Positions 46,967 through 57,052 of a DNA stretch of 64,000 bases are shown one piece after another. The DNA is from Brevibacterium luteolum (GTDB taxonomy: Bacteria > Actinomycetota > Actinomycetes > Actinomycetales > Brevibacteriaceae). The position numbers were made by a program, and so were the translations under genes. Below the pieces are notes generated by a model. It was not told the origin of the DNA and ran no database searches. It was given only the letters and a program-made list of their open reading frames with translations. The stretch covers positions 434,001-498,000 of the forward strand of contig NZ_JABEMC010000001.1 of assembly GCF_013004595.1 (NCBI RefSeq), in the 5' to 3' direction. Position 1 is the stretch's first letter. Every line of letters starts with the position of its first letter.

Positions 46967-47928
46967 CCATCCGCTCCGCCCTCAGCTCCGCCTGCCTGGC
47001 CGCCGCCCTCATCATCGGCCCGGCCGCCGCCCCGGCACTCGCCCAGCCGACCGAGGACCCCAACCTCGAGCAGACTGTCACCGGTGAGGAGAAGCTCGTC
47101 GACGACGAGGCCGTCCTCGACGCAGGCCACGTCGACATCGGGCCCAAGCAGGTCGGCAGCGAGTTCCATCTCGTCATGCGCGATGACACCGAAGCCCCGC
47201 CGGTGTGGCGCAGCCTCGACAAGACCGTCCTCAAGGTCAACGACGAGGGCGCGAAGATGCCGATGCCCGAAGACGAGCAGTACTCCTTCATCGGCGCGAA
47301 GCCAGGCGAAGACGTCTGGCTCATCCCGCAGGTCGAGAAGCCCGGCCTCATCTGGGTCGGCTGGAACACCCAGGACCCGGCCTTCACACAGACCGCCCAA
47401 CGCGGCATGAACCTCGAATACCACGGCATGCAGGGGCCCGGTGACATGGTGCTGTACCTGCAGAACGGCAGCTTCGGCGAACCCGAGCAGCTGTGGGATT
47501 CGCGCAAGGGCGCGGACCAGAAGATCTTCGTGGAGAACAACACCCACACTCACGCCAACTGGGTTTTCACCAAGCCCGGCGTCTACCTCCTCGACGTCGG
47601 CGTGTCCTTCACCGACGCCTCGGGCAACGAGGTCTCCTCCCGGCAGGTGCTGCGCCTGGCCGTCGGCGATGCCGCCAGCACCGATGAGGCGATGAGCGCC
47701 GAGTACACCGGCGGTCAGGACAGCGGCGACGGTGATGCGGCCGGCAAGGCTGATGCCGATGCCGGCGCCGAGGCGGGGGCCGGGTCGGGTGCCGATCCGC
47801 TCATGTTCGTGCTGCTGGGTGTCGGCGCGGTGCTCCTCGTCGTCGCCGCCATCGCAGTCATCGGCACCGCACGCGCCAAGAAGCGCGCCGCGGCAGCCCA
47901 GGACAGCAGCCAGGGGACCGGCCAGTGA
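46963..47928 (+). CDS. TIGR03769-type (choice-of-anchor M) domain protein, C-terminal TM
   Basis: GHVDIGP, WVGWNTQDP, HTHANWVFTKPG; ATGA overlap. Confidence 0.85.
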   Translation: MTIRSALSSACLAAALIIGPAAAPALAQPTEDPNLEQTVTGEEKLVDDEAVLDAGHVDIGPKQVGSEFHLVMRDDTEAPPVWRSLDKTVLKVNDEGAKMPMPEDEQYSFIGAKPGEDVWLIPQVEKPGLIWVGWNTQDPAFTQTAQRGMNLEYHGMQGPGDMVLYLQNGSFGEPEQLWDSRKGADQKIFVENNTHTHANWVFTKPGVYLLDVGVSFTDASGNEVSSRQVLRLAVGDAASTDEAMSAEYTGGQDSGDGDAAGKADADAGAEAGAGSGADPLMFVLLGVGAVLLVVAAIAVIGTARAKKRAAAAQDSSQGTGQ

Positions 47929-48707
47929 GGCAGGCAGACGTGACCAGCACGGCTACCGCCTCGGGCGCGGCACTGACGGTCGCCGGGCTCACCGTCGACC
48001 TCGGCGGCAGGCCGGTGCTCACCGGGCTGAACCTCACCGTCGAGCACGGCCAGTTCCTCGGGTTGCTCGGACCCAATGGTGCGGGCAAGACGACCCTGCT
48101 GCGCGCGATCCTCGGGCTCCTCCCGCACCGCGGGGACATCCGCGTCGCCGGCAAGCCGGCCGCAGCGCTGCGCGGGCGGATCGGGTATGTGCCCCAGCGC
48201 CACGAATTCACCTGGGACTTCCCGATCAGCGTCGAAGACGTCGTGCTCACCGGCCGGTCCTCACGGCTGGGCTGGCTGCGCCGCCCGCAGGTCGCCGACT
48301 TTCAGGCCGTCAACACCGCGCTCGCCCAGGTCGAACTCGACCATGTGCGGGGTCGCCCGGTCGCCGAGCTCTCCGGCGGGCAGCGCCAGCGGGTGCTCGT
48401 CGCCCGGGCACTTGCGATGGACTCCCAGCTGCTGCTGCTCGACGAGCCATTCACCGGCGTCGACATGCCGACCGCCGAACTGCTCACCGGCCTCTTCGGC
48501 CGGCTCGCCGCACACGGGCGCACCGTCATCATGTCCACCCACGACCTGCCTTCAGCAATGGCCACCTGCACGCAGATCGCGCTGCTGCGCGGAACCATCC
48601 GCCAGCAGGGCACACCGGATGAGGTCCGCGACCGGCAGGCGTGGATGGACACCTTCAGCGTCTCGGCGACTTCACCGCTTCTCACCAGCATCGGACTGAT
48701 CGCATGA
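47925..48707 (+). CDS. Anchored-repeat ABC transporter ATP-binding subunit
   Basis: GPNGAGKT, GYVPQR, LSGGQ, LLLLDEPF. Confidence 0.93.
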   Translation: MRQADVTSTATASGAALTVAGLTVDLGGRPVLTGLNLTVEHGQFLGLLGPNGAGKTTLLRAILGLLPHRGDIRVAGKPAAALRGRIGYVPQRHEFTWDFPISVEDVVLTGRSSRLGWLRRPQVADFQAVNTALAQVELDHVRGRPVAELSGGQRQRVLVARALAMDSQLLLLDEPFTGVDMPTAELLTGLFGRLAAHGRTVIMSTHDLPSAMATCTQIALLRGTIRQQGTPDEVRDRQAWMDTFSVSATSPLLTSIGLIA

Positions 48708-49570
48708 GCTTCATCGACTTCCTTTCCGACCTGACCAACCCGATGCTCGCCTTCCTGCCCAAGGCGCTGCTCATGGCGGTCATGGCCTCGATCATCTGCG
48801 GTGTCGTCGGCACCTACGTCGTGCTGCGCGGCATGTCCTTCATCGGCGACGCTGTCGCCCACTCGGTGTTCCCCGGCCTGGCGATCGCCTTCGTGCTGCA
48901 GGGCTCCCTCGTCCTCGGCGGGGCGGTAGCCGGCGTGTGCACCGCGATCCTCGTCGCGATCTTCTCCCAGAACCGCCGGCTGAAGGAGGACAGCATCATC
49001 GGCGTGTTCTTCGTCGCCGCCTTCGCCGCCGGCATCGTCATCATCTCCCAGGCACCCGGTTACGCCGGCTCCCTGACGGACTTCCTGTTCGGCTCGATCA
49101 CCGGCATCCCCACCCGCGACGTCTACACCGTCGCGATCACCGGCACGCTCATCATCACGCTGCTCGTCGTACTCCACAAGGAACTCGTGGCCGTCAGCCT
49201 CGACCGCGACTTCGCCCGCGCCATGGGCTTGCCGGTGTTCTGGCTCGACATCGTCCTCTACGTGCTCGTCACCCTGGCGATCGTCGTGTCCGTCCAGACC
49301 ATCGGCAACATCCTCGTCCTCGCCCTGCTCATCGCCCCGGCCGCCGCCGCCCGCCTGCTGACCGACCGGCTTGTTTCGATGATGATCCTCGCCCCCGTCA
49401 TCGGTGCGGTCGGCGCATTCGCCGGCCTGTACCTGTCCTGGGGTTTCGATCTGCCCGTCGGCGGCACCATCGTCCTGGTGCTCACCGCAGTGTTCCTGCT
49501 GCTGTGGATCGTCGCCCCACGCCACGGCCTGCTCATGCGCGGCCGCCAGCGGGTGGTCGCCCATGCCTGA
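48704..49570 (+). CDS. Anchored-repeat ABC transporter permease (ABC-3 metal type)
   Basis: VVLRGMSFIGDAVAH, EDSIIG, FLFGSI; ATGA overlap. Confidence 0.93.
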   Translation: MSFIDFLSDLTNPMLAFLPKALLMAVMASIICGVVGTYVVLRGMSFIGDAVAHSVFPGLAIAFVLQGSLVLGGAVAGVCTAILVAIFSQNRRLKEDSIIGVFFVAAFAAGIVIISQAPGYAGSLTDFLFGSITGIPTRDVYTVAITGTLIITLLVVLHKELVAVSLDRDFARAMGLPVFWLDIVLYVLVTLAIVVSVQTIGNILVLALLIAPAAAARLLTDRLVSMMILAPVIGAVGAFAGLYLSWGFDLPVGGTIVLVLTAVFLLLWIVAPRHGLLMRGRQRVVAHA

Positions 49571-51662
49571 GACCCTCCGGCAGGCAGTATCGCTGCTGGT
49601 GGTCACCCTGCTTGCCGCCGCACACGTCGCGTTCGGCTGGATGCCGGTGACCGCAGCCGAGGCGCCGGGCACCGACAGTGCCGACGCTCCCGTGTCGCTG
49701 AAGACCACTGGTGAGAGTGCCGGGCGCCTGCACGTCGACACGCGTTCCTTCGCTCGTGCTCTCGGTCCGGTGACCGTGCGCATCGACCGTTCGACCGTGC
49801 CCGAGGCGGAGTTCGCCGGCCGGAGGCTGCCGGCGGCTGTGCAGATGCGCCCGCAGACCACCGGCCACCTGCCGGTCACCGGCCTGGAGTCAGGCGCCTG
49901 CCTGGGCGTACGCGTCTCGGCTGTCGTGAAGAAGGGCGAGAAGACTCAGCGGGCCACGATCGACACCGTCGTCACCACTAGCGGCACGGGTGCAGGCGAC
50001 GCGACGACCTGCCCGGACTACACCGAGCTGCCCCACATCGCACCGCAGCCGATGCCCACCCCGAAGGCGAAGCCCGGTCCAGGCGAGGGTGCCGTGCACA
50101 TCACCCCAGAAGGGGCCTTCACCCGCGCTGGCCGGGAGTGGGCGAAGGCCAGTGACCTCGACCGGAAGCTCGAGAAGCACGAGGACGGTGCGATCGCCGA
50201 GGACATCACCCTCGACATCGACCAGCTCACCGGCACCACCGCCTCGGGCGCGGAGACCGCGCATGAACCAGGGCCCCGTGACTGGGTCGAGGTGCGCATC
50301 CGCAGTGCTGAGAAGGTGCAGCTGACGAACCCCGCCGACCCGCGCGGCACCCAGCATCATCCCGGGAGCGCGAAGACCGTGACGATGCGCATGACCGACC
50401 CGACCCGGCTCGTCTTCGACGCCGCGTTCCCCACCACCGGCCCGCACTGCCTGGGCCTCGACATCGTCGCGGCAGGGAGGAAGGAACCGGCCGTTGCCAC
50501 CACACTGCACTACGGGCTGCGCGGCGCTGATGCACGCACCTGCCCCGATCCGCGCGACCCCGACGCCGCCCCCGACGACGAGTCCGAGGACCCCGACGAC
50601 TCCGGCGACCCCGATGACACCGACACCGGTGACGACGGAGACAAAGACGACGACACCGGCGAGGACACCAACAGCGATGACACGGACAGCCGCGACTCCG
50701 ATCCTGAGGGCGGTCTGAGCCTAGAGGAGCGGCGCACGCTGGCCGACCAAGGGGCCGTGTTCGGCTCCGATATGGTCGCCTCTGCTCCGGTGCCCGGCCT
50801 GCCGCTCGTCCAGAGCATCTCCGCTCCGGTGGTGCCGGCTTTCGGGCTCATGTGCACCCCGGCAGCCGCAGGCCAGCGCGTCCAGGTCCGCTCCGGGCTC
50901 ACCCAGCTGGCCATCACCCACGACTTCACCGGTCCGCGCGCCGAACTCACCGACCTACGCACCCACACCCCGGTCACCCGCCAGCTCGCCGATGTCGACT
51001 ACGTGCTGCCAGCCACCGCCACCCTCACCGTCGGCGACGACGGACTCGGTGACATCGCGAAACCCGGTGACGAGCTGTGGGCCAGCTCCCAGGACGGGAT
51101 GAGCGCACCGGCCATCGGCATCGCGGCTGTCGGCGGGCAGCTGCGCGGCAGCGTCGAGGTCGGCATCGACACCGTCGCAGGGCCCGGCGACGTCGCCCTC
51201 ATCGGCACCGATGAGTTCGGCGACAGCTCCCTGCTGGCTGCCGCCGGATCGGCGATGAGTGTGCCGGCCGGCGGCACCGAGTTCCCCCGCTTCGCTTTCA
51301 CCCAACCGGGCACCTATACCGTCAACACCGTCATTCGCACCGGCAACAGCAGCACCTCGGCCCAGGAGATCGTCGTCCCGCTGCACTTCTCCGTCGGCGA
51401 GGTCGCCTCCCCAGTGGCGACCAACACCGCGCTCGCCGCCCTGGTGGGAACCTGCACCGACGTGTCGATGGCCTCCACTCTCGCCCAGCCGGACCTGCCC
51501 GAACAGCAGCCCAGCCCCGAGGCGGCACCACCCCCGGCCGTCACCGGCCCGGCTGCCTGGATGTGGCTGCTGGCAGGCCTCGGTATGGGCATCGCACTCA
51601 CCGCCGCCGGCTGGGGAACCCTGCTGCTTGTGCGCAGCCTCAGCCCCGGGAGGTCCACATGA
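49563..51662 (+). CDS. Secreted TM-anchored protein with degenerate TIGR03769-type domain
   Basis: Signal peptide, Asp-rich linker, PGDELW..SQ, FAFTQPGTY, LHFSVG, C-terminal TM. Confidence 0.75.
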   Translation: MPETLRQAVSLLVVTLLAAAHVAFGWMPVTAAEAPGTDSADAPVSLKTTGESAGRLHVDTRSFARALGPVTVRIDRSTVPEAEFAGRRLPAAVQMRPQTTGHLPVTGLESGACLGVRVSAVVKKGEKTQRATIDTVVTTSGTGAGDATTCPDYTELPHIAPQPMPTPKAKPGPGEGAVHITPEGAFTRAGREWAKASDLDRKLEKHEDGAIAEDITLDIDQLTGTTASGAETAHEPGPRDWVEVRIRSAEKVQLTNPADPRGTQHHPGSAKTVTMRMTDPTRLVFDAAFPTTGPHCLGLDIVAAGRKEPAVATTLHYGLRGADARTCPDPRDPDAAPDDESEDPDDSGDPDDTDTGDDGDKDDDTGEDTNSDDTDSRDSDPEGGLSLEERRTLADQGAVFGSDMVASAPVPGLPLVQSISAPVVPAFGLMCTPAAAGQRVQVRSGLTQLAITHDFTGPRAELTDLRTHTPVTRQLADVDYVLPATATLTVGDDGLGDIAKPGDELWASSQDGMSAPAIGIAAVGGQLRGSVEVGIDTVAGPGDVALIGTDEFGDSSLLAAAGSAMSVPAGGTEFPRFAFTQPGTYTVNTVIRTGNSSTSAQEIVVPLHFSVGEVASPVATNTALAALVGTCTDVSMASTLAQPDLPEQQPSPEAAPPPAVTGPAAWMWLLAGLGMGIALTAAGWGTLLLVRSLSPGRST

Positions 51663-52579
51663 AGCCGGCCCGCCTGCGCGCCGTCGGGCTCATCGCCTTC
51701 GGGCTGAGTCTGGCCGTGCTCACGATGCTCTTCCTCAGCGACCTCGTCGGCGCCCACCAGCGGGCGAGAGCCCAGTCACCGCACGACCCGCGGCCCACCG
51801 CCGAGGCGGTGCCCACCCCAGCCCAGGAGGCACCGGCTGGCCCGGACGCCGGTGGGGGAGCAGACACCGCGCAGCTGCAGCGCACCCAGGTGTCCTCCCA
51901 GTGGATCGCCGACCAGTCCAGGCGCACCGGCATCCCCGCCCGGGTGCTGCAGAGCTATGTCGCCGCCGAGATCTGGGCGGCCCGCCAGTTCCCGCAGTGC
52001 GGGCTGCGCTGGAACACCCTGGCCGGCATCGGGTTCGTCGAATCCGCCCACGGCACCCTCGGCGGCACCTCGGTGACAGCCGCAGGAACTGCCGCCCAGC
52101 CGATCATCGGCCCGCAGCTCAACGGCCGCGGACTCGCCCGCATCACCGACACCGACGGCGGCAGACTCGATCAGGACCGCGACTTCGACCGGGCGGTCGG
52201 GCCGATGCAGTTCCTGCCGGCAACGTGGCAGGCCTTCGGCATCGACGGCAACGGCGACGGCACCGCGGACGCCCAGAACATCGACGACGCCACCGCCTCG
52301 GCGGCGAAGTACCTGTGCAACGGCCAGCGCAACCTCGCCACCCCGGAGGGCTGGACCCAGGCGATCCTCGCCTACAACCCATCCGATGCCTACGTCCGCG
52401 CGGTCTTCGACGCCGCCAACCGCACCGCCCATGCCAGCAGCGGCGCCCCGCTGACCCCACCGCAGCCGGCCCAGGCGGGAACCCAGCCACCAGCCACTGA
52501 CGGGGCCCAGCCCCCAGGGTTCGGGCCCTCCCACCAGCCCGGAGCACAGCCGAGCACACCGCACCCGGGCGCCGGCTGA
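51659..52579 (+). CDS. Lytic transglycosylase (SLT-like), membrane anchored
   Basis: LAGIGFVESAHG, DRAVGPMQFLPATW, AAKYLC, AILAYN; ATGA overlap. Confidence 0.9.
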   Translation: MKPARLRAVGLIAFGLSLAVLTMLFLSDLVGAHQRARAQSPHDPRPTAEAVPTPAQEAPAGPDAGGGADTAQLQRTQVSSQWIADQSRRTGIPARVLQSYVAAEIWAARQFPQCGLRWNTLAGIGFVESAHGTLGGTSVTAAGTAAQPIIGPQLNGRGLARITDTDGGRLDQDRDFDRAVGPMQFLPATWQAFGIDGNGDGTADAQNIDDATASAAKYLCNGQRNLATPEGWTQAILAYNPSDAYVRAVFDAANRTAHASSGAPLTPPQPAQAGTQPPATDGAQPPGFGPSHQPGAQPSTPHPGAG

Positions 52580-52681
52580 GGATCGGGGGGATTTCCCCAC
52601 CCGAGGCGGCGGGCACCTCCATCCCGGCAGCACGCGGCAGCGACGAGAGTGGAAGCACAGCTTCGACGACGAGGAGTCGCC

Positions 52682-53596
52682 ATGACCATCCCGGCCGCCC
52701 CTACCGCACCGACCCCCACCCCGGACAGCCTCACCGGCGAGCGGCTGGAGGCTGCGGCGAGCATCCCCGCTGACGTCATCGCGATCGGCGCGATCCTGCT
52801 GGCCATCAGCACCGCAGCGGTCGTGCCGTTCTGGTTCGGCGCCGATCCCATACTCCTGCCGGTCGTCATCCTCACCGTTGCCTGGACCCCAGCGTTGACG
52901 TGCTTCATCGCCGACCGCATCACCCGGTCCCGCGCCGCGCCCGAGGCGGTGGCGGGCTTCAGGAGCCAGGCTGGGCTGACGACCGGGCGCCCGTGGACCG
53001 GCAGCCTCGCAGCGCTGGCGGTGCTGCTGAGCGTTGCAGCCGTGTCGACCGGCATCGGGGCGTTCGCCGGCTGGCAGCCGCTGAACATCGGCGCAGATGC
53101 GCTCGCGGTGCTCACCCTGCTGCCGCTGGCGGCAGTGCTCATGCTCGTCCAGGTCACCGGTGAGGAGATCGCCTGGCGCGGCTACCTGCATACCCGGCTG
53201 ACGGGCCTCGGCACCGGCACCGCGGCCGGGGTGATCGCGGTGTTCTGGGTGATCTGGCACGCCCCGCTCATGCTGACCTACCTGCACTTAGGCGAGATGA
53301 GCGAGCGCGCGGTCATCGTCACGCTCATGAACCTCGGGCTGGCGTCGCTGACGCTGACCGCCCTGCGGGTGCTGAGCAGTTCGGTGATCCCGGCGATCAT
53401 CGCCCACACGGTGCTCAACACCGTCTTCGCCTACATCGCCTCGAATCTCGTAGTCGCGCAGACGAGTTGGTCAGGCACCGCGTTCTGGCTCACCGCCGCG
53501 ACCGGCTGGGCGTGCTGGGCGATCGCAGCTCTCGGTCTGGCGATCGCCCAGCAGCGCCGGGCTCACCGGCAGCCAGTCGGTCAGCGCAGCTTCTGA
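52682..53596 (+). CDS. CPBP/Abi family intramembrane metalloprotease
   Basis: GEEIAWRGYL, WVIWH, AIIAHTVLN. Confidence 0.88.
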   Translation: MTIPAAPTAPTPTPDSLTGERLEAAASIPADVIAIGAILLAISTAAVVPFWFGADPILLPVVILTVAWTPALTCFIADRITRSRAAPEAVAGFRSQAGLTTGRPWTGSLAALAVLLSVAAVSTGIGAFAGWQPLNIGADALAVLTLLPLAAVLMLVQVTGEEIAWRGYLHTRLTGLGTGTAAGVIAVFWVIWHAPLMLTYLHLGEMSERAVIVTLMNLGLASLTLTALRVLSSSVIPAIIAHTVLNTVFAYIASNLVVAQTSWSGTAFWLTAATGWACWAIAALGLAIAQQRRAHRQPVGQRSF

Positions 53597-55158
53597 TCCT
53601 CGGCATCCTCAGCGTGCTCGGCCTCGGCATCAGCTGAGGCTGAGGCGTCGCCGATGTCGCCGACCCGGCGGCCGCGCAGCCGGCCGATCGTCGTGTAGAC
53701 GAGTGCGGCGGCGAGCACGACGTAGAGGATGATCGACAGCGGTGAGCTGAAGAAGGTGGCGTAGCTGCCGCCGGAGCTCAGCAGCGCATCGCGGAAGTTC
53801 GTCTCCGCCAGCGGACCGAGCACCATGCCGATCATGAGCGGAGCCAGCGGCACACCGTAGCGGCGCAGCACGAGACCGAGCACGGCGATGATGAGCAGCA
53901 GCGCCAGATCGAACACCGACGAGGAGGTGGCATAGACGCCCAGGCCGCAGAACACGGCGATGCCGGCGTACAGGTGCGGGGCCGGGATCTTCATGAGGCT
54001 CGCCCACACGCTGGCCAGCGGCAGGTTGAGGATGAGCAGCATGATCATCGCGATGAAGAACGAGGCCAGCAGCGCCCATACGAGGTCTGGCGCTCGGTCG
54101 AACAGCAGCGGGCCGGGCTGCAGACCGAACTGGCGCAGTGCCGCCAGCATGATCGCTGCGGTCGCTGAGATCGGCAGGCCGAGTGCCAGAAGCGCGCCAA
54201 TCGCCATCGCCGTCGTCGCGTTGCCCGCCGCCTCGGGGCCGGCGATGCCGCGGATGGCACCGCGCCCGAACTGCGGGTCCCTGCGGTTCTTGTCCAGGCG
54301 CTTCTCCAGCCCGTAGGACAGGAAGGTCGGCACATCGGCACCGCCGACGGGGATGACGCCGAAGGGCAGGCCGATCGCGGTGCCGCGCAGCCAGGCCGGC
54401 ATCGACTCGCGGAACTCAGCTCGCGACAGGAACGGCCGGCCGGTCTCCGGGGTCTGCGTCAGGTGCTCGGTGCGCCGGATCCGGGAGGCGATGTGGAACA
54501 CCTCGCCGAGGGCGAGGATCGCAACGGTGACGGTGACGAGTGAGATGCCGTCGAACAGTCCGGGCAGACCGAAGGTCATCCTCTCGGTGCCGGAGACCGA
54601 GTCGATGCCCACCAGTGAGATGCCCACGCCGAGCACGAGGGCCGAAAGCCCCTTGAGCACCGAGTCGGCCACGACCGAGGAGGTCGCCACGAAGGCGAAG
54701 AGGGCGAGTGCCGTGTATTCGGCGGGCCCGAAGTTCGTAGCGAAGTCCGCCAGCGCCGGAGCGAAGAACACAACGACGACGGAGGAGACGATGCCGCCGA
54801 TGAATGCGCCGATAGCCGCGGCCGCCAGCGCTTGCGGGGCGCGGCCTGCTTTGGCCATCCGGTGTCCTTCGATCGAGGTAGCGATCGCTGATGGCTGGCC
54901 GGGGGTGCCGGCGAGGATGCCCATCGTCGAGTCGCCGAACAGCCCGCCGAAGTACACCCCGGACATGAGGATGAGCGCACCGGCCGGGTCGAGGGCGAAG
55001 GTCATCGGCAGCAGCAGCGCGACCGCCATCGACGAGCCGAGACCGGGCAGCACGCCGACAGCGGTGCCGAGCAGGCAGCCGACGAACACCCATAGGAGGT
55101 TCATCGGGGTGACGGCTTCGGCGAAGCCGCCGAAGAGGGACATGAGACTGTCAAGCAT
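53581..55158 (-). CDS. tctA: Tripartite tricarboxylate transporter permease
   Basis: GTAVGVLPGLG, GIAGPEAAGNA, LQPGPLLF. Confidence 0.92.
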   Translation of the reverse strand: MLDSLMSLFGGFAEAVTPMNLLWVFVGCLLGTAVGVLPGLGSSMAVALLLPMTFALDPAGALILMSGVYFGGLFGDSTMGILAGTPGQPSAIATSIEGHRMAKAGRAPQALAAAAIGAFIGGIVSSVVVVFFAPALADFATNFGPAEYTALALFAFVATSSVVADSVLKGLSALVLGVGISLVGIDSVSGTERMTFGLPGLFDGISLVTVTVAILALGEVFHIASRIRRTEHLTQTPETGRPFLSRAEFRESMPAWLRGTAIGLPFGVIPVGGADVPTFLSYGLEKRLDKNRRDPQFGRGAIRGIAGPEAAGNATTAMAIGALLALGLPISATAAIMLAALRQFGLQPGPLLFDRAPDLVWALLASFFIAMIMLLILNLPLASVWASLMKIPAPHLYAGIAVFCGLGVYATSSSVFDLALLLIIAVLGLVLRRYGVPLAPLMIGMVLGPLAETNFRDALLSSGGSYATFFSSPLSIILYVVLAAALVYTTIGRLRGRRVGDIGDASASADAEAEHAEDAEDQKLR

Positions 55159-55793
55159 CACAGACCTCCGAGGATGCCCGAGGGCAGGTTGAGACCGAGC
55201 GAGACGCCGAGGGCCAGGTAGATGATCGAGGACACGGTGAGTGCGACGGTCGCATCGAACAGCGGCTTCGTCGAACCCATCGCGCGCGTGACGCACCAGT
55301 ACAGGCCAGCGGCAGCGAGGATCCAGCCGAGCGGTTCGAGCAGGAGCACGAAACCGGCGAAACCGCTGATCGCCCACGCTAAGGACGCGTAGTCGCTGAA
55401 GGTGCGGTAGCGGCCCTGGGCTGCGGCGATGTCATCCGGGTCGGCTGAGGTGCCGCCGGCAACCGCCCCGCCAGCCTCGACCGGGGCCTCGGGCGTGCGG
55501 ATGTAGGCGACGGCGAGCAGCGCGGCCAGCAGGTAGCTGGCGGTCGCAATGACCATCGGCACGAACTGCGGGCCGGGCTTGTCGGCATCTTCGGCGACCT
55601 GCATCGTCAGCACGCCGTAGAGCATGTACGTGCCGAAGGCGGCCATGATGAGCGCGAGCACCAGCCCGGAGCGGCCGGTCCACCAGGACCTGTCGCCGGC
55701 TGCGCCCGCGCTGGCTCCCGCGCCCCCGCCCGCGGCAGCGGTGCGGTGCGTGCCCGAGGTGTGGGCTCCGGTGTGTGCAGGGGTCTCGTTCAC
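55158..55793 (-). CDS. tctB: Tripartite tricarboxylate transporter small membrane subunit
   Basis: PGPQFVP, LEPLGWI, LGLNLPSG; between tctC and tctA. Confidence 0.88.
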   Translation of the reverse strand: MNETPAHTGAHTSGTHRTAAAGGGAGASAGAAGDRSWWTGRSGLVLALIMAAFGTYMLYGVLTMQVAEDADKPGPQFVPMVIATASYLLAALLAVAYIRTPEAPVEAGGAVAGGTSADPDDIAAAQGRYRTFSDYASLAWAISGFAGFVLLLEPLGWILAAAGLYWCVTRAMGSTKPLFDATVALTVSSIIYLALGVSLGLNLPSGILGGL

Positions 55794-56824
55794 AGTCCCA
55801 GCTCCCCAAGCAGCTCGGCAGTGTTCTTCTGGTCCTCGGCGAGGAAGTCCTCGAACTCCTCACCGGTCATCCACGCATCAGTCCAGGAGTTGCGCTGGAG
55901 CGCGTCCTTCCACTCCTCGCTGTTGCGGGTTTCCTCGAGCATCGCGATGAGTTCGGATTTCTCCTCATCAGTGATGCCGGGGGCGGCGAGCATGCCGCGC
56001 CAGTTGCCCATGACGACGTCGACGCCCTGGTCGACCATCGGCTCGACGTCGACGCCATCGAGCGGTCCCGGCGAGGTCAGCCCGAGTGCTTTGATGCGGC
56101 CGGCCTCGATCTGGTCGGAGACCTCGTTGTAGCCGGTCGAGGCGACATCGGTGGTGTCGGAGAGCAGCGTCTGGATCGCCTCACCGCCACCGGATTTCGG
56201 GATGTAGGTGATGTCCCTGCCGTCGATTCCGGCTTCCTGCGCCAGGCGGGCGATAACCTGGTGATCGAGCGAGCCGGCCGAACCGCCGGTCCAGCGGAAG
56301 CCGCTCGGATCGTCCTTCCATGCTTCGAGCAGACCGGGGATGTCGTCATACGGAGCATCGACCGGGGCGATGACGACGTCGTAGTCCTCCGCCATCCGGG
56401 CCAGCAGGGTGACGTCGTCGAAGCCGACCGGGGAATCGTTGAGTTCGATGCCGCCGGTCATCGCCGAGCCGGTCGCCATGATCGTCGAAGCCTCACCGTG
56501 CATGGTGGAGAAACGGCCCAGGCCGATCGTGCCGCCGGCGCCGGGGATGTTGACGACTTGGGCGTTGCGGGCGACGCCGGACAGGCGCATGGCCTGCTGC
56601 TGCTCGCGCACGAAGGAATCCCAGCCGCCCCCGGCTCCGGCAGGGGCGATCATCGTCAGCCCGGCGCGCAGGTCACCGGCCTGGCTGGAGGAGGAGAACG
56701 AGAAGAAGGTCGCGGTGGCGATCGAGATGACGGCGACGAACGCATAGACCGTCAGCGCGATCTTCTTTGCGCGCGGGGAGGGACCGCGCGTCTGCGTGCT
56801 GCCTGAGGTTGGTGGACGTCCCAC
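55790..56824 (-). CDS. tctC: Tripartite tricarboxylate transporter substrate-binding protein
   Basis: PAGAGGGWD, NIPGAGGTIG, GGGE, NWRG. Confidence 0.9.
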   Translation of the reverse strand: MGRPPTSGSTQTRGPSPRAKKIALTVYAFVAVISIATATFFSFSSSSQAGDLRAGLTMIAPAGAGGGWDSFVREQQQAMRLSGVARNAQVVNIPGAGGTIGLGRFSTMHGEASTIMATGSAMTGGIELNDSPVGFDDVTLLARMAEDYDVVIAPVDAPYDDIPGLLEAWKDDPSGFRWTGGSAGSLDHQVIARLAQEAGIDGRDITYIPKSGGGEAIQTLLSDTTDVASTGYNEVSDQIEAGRIKALGLTSPGPLDGVDVEPMVDQGVDVVMGNWRGMLAAPGITDEEKSELIAMLEETRNSEEWKDALQRNSWTDAWMTGEEFEDFLAEDQKNTAELLGELGL

Positions 56825-57052
56825 GAGCGGCTGTGTCCTTTCGAGGTCGGCGGCGTCGGCGATGCGGCATCGTCTGCGCCATGGGCACTGACCGATAAAT
56901 TCTAGGCATTTGCTCAGACTGTGTCGAGGATCATCTCAGCTCGTGCAACAGAGCTCCCTGAGCGGGTCGAACGCACCGGGCCCGAGGCGGTGGGGCGGGT
57001 ATACGATGACAGCACAACCGGCAGCACACGAGAGGCGCAGGCAGACAGGCAG

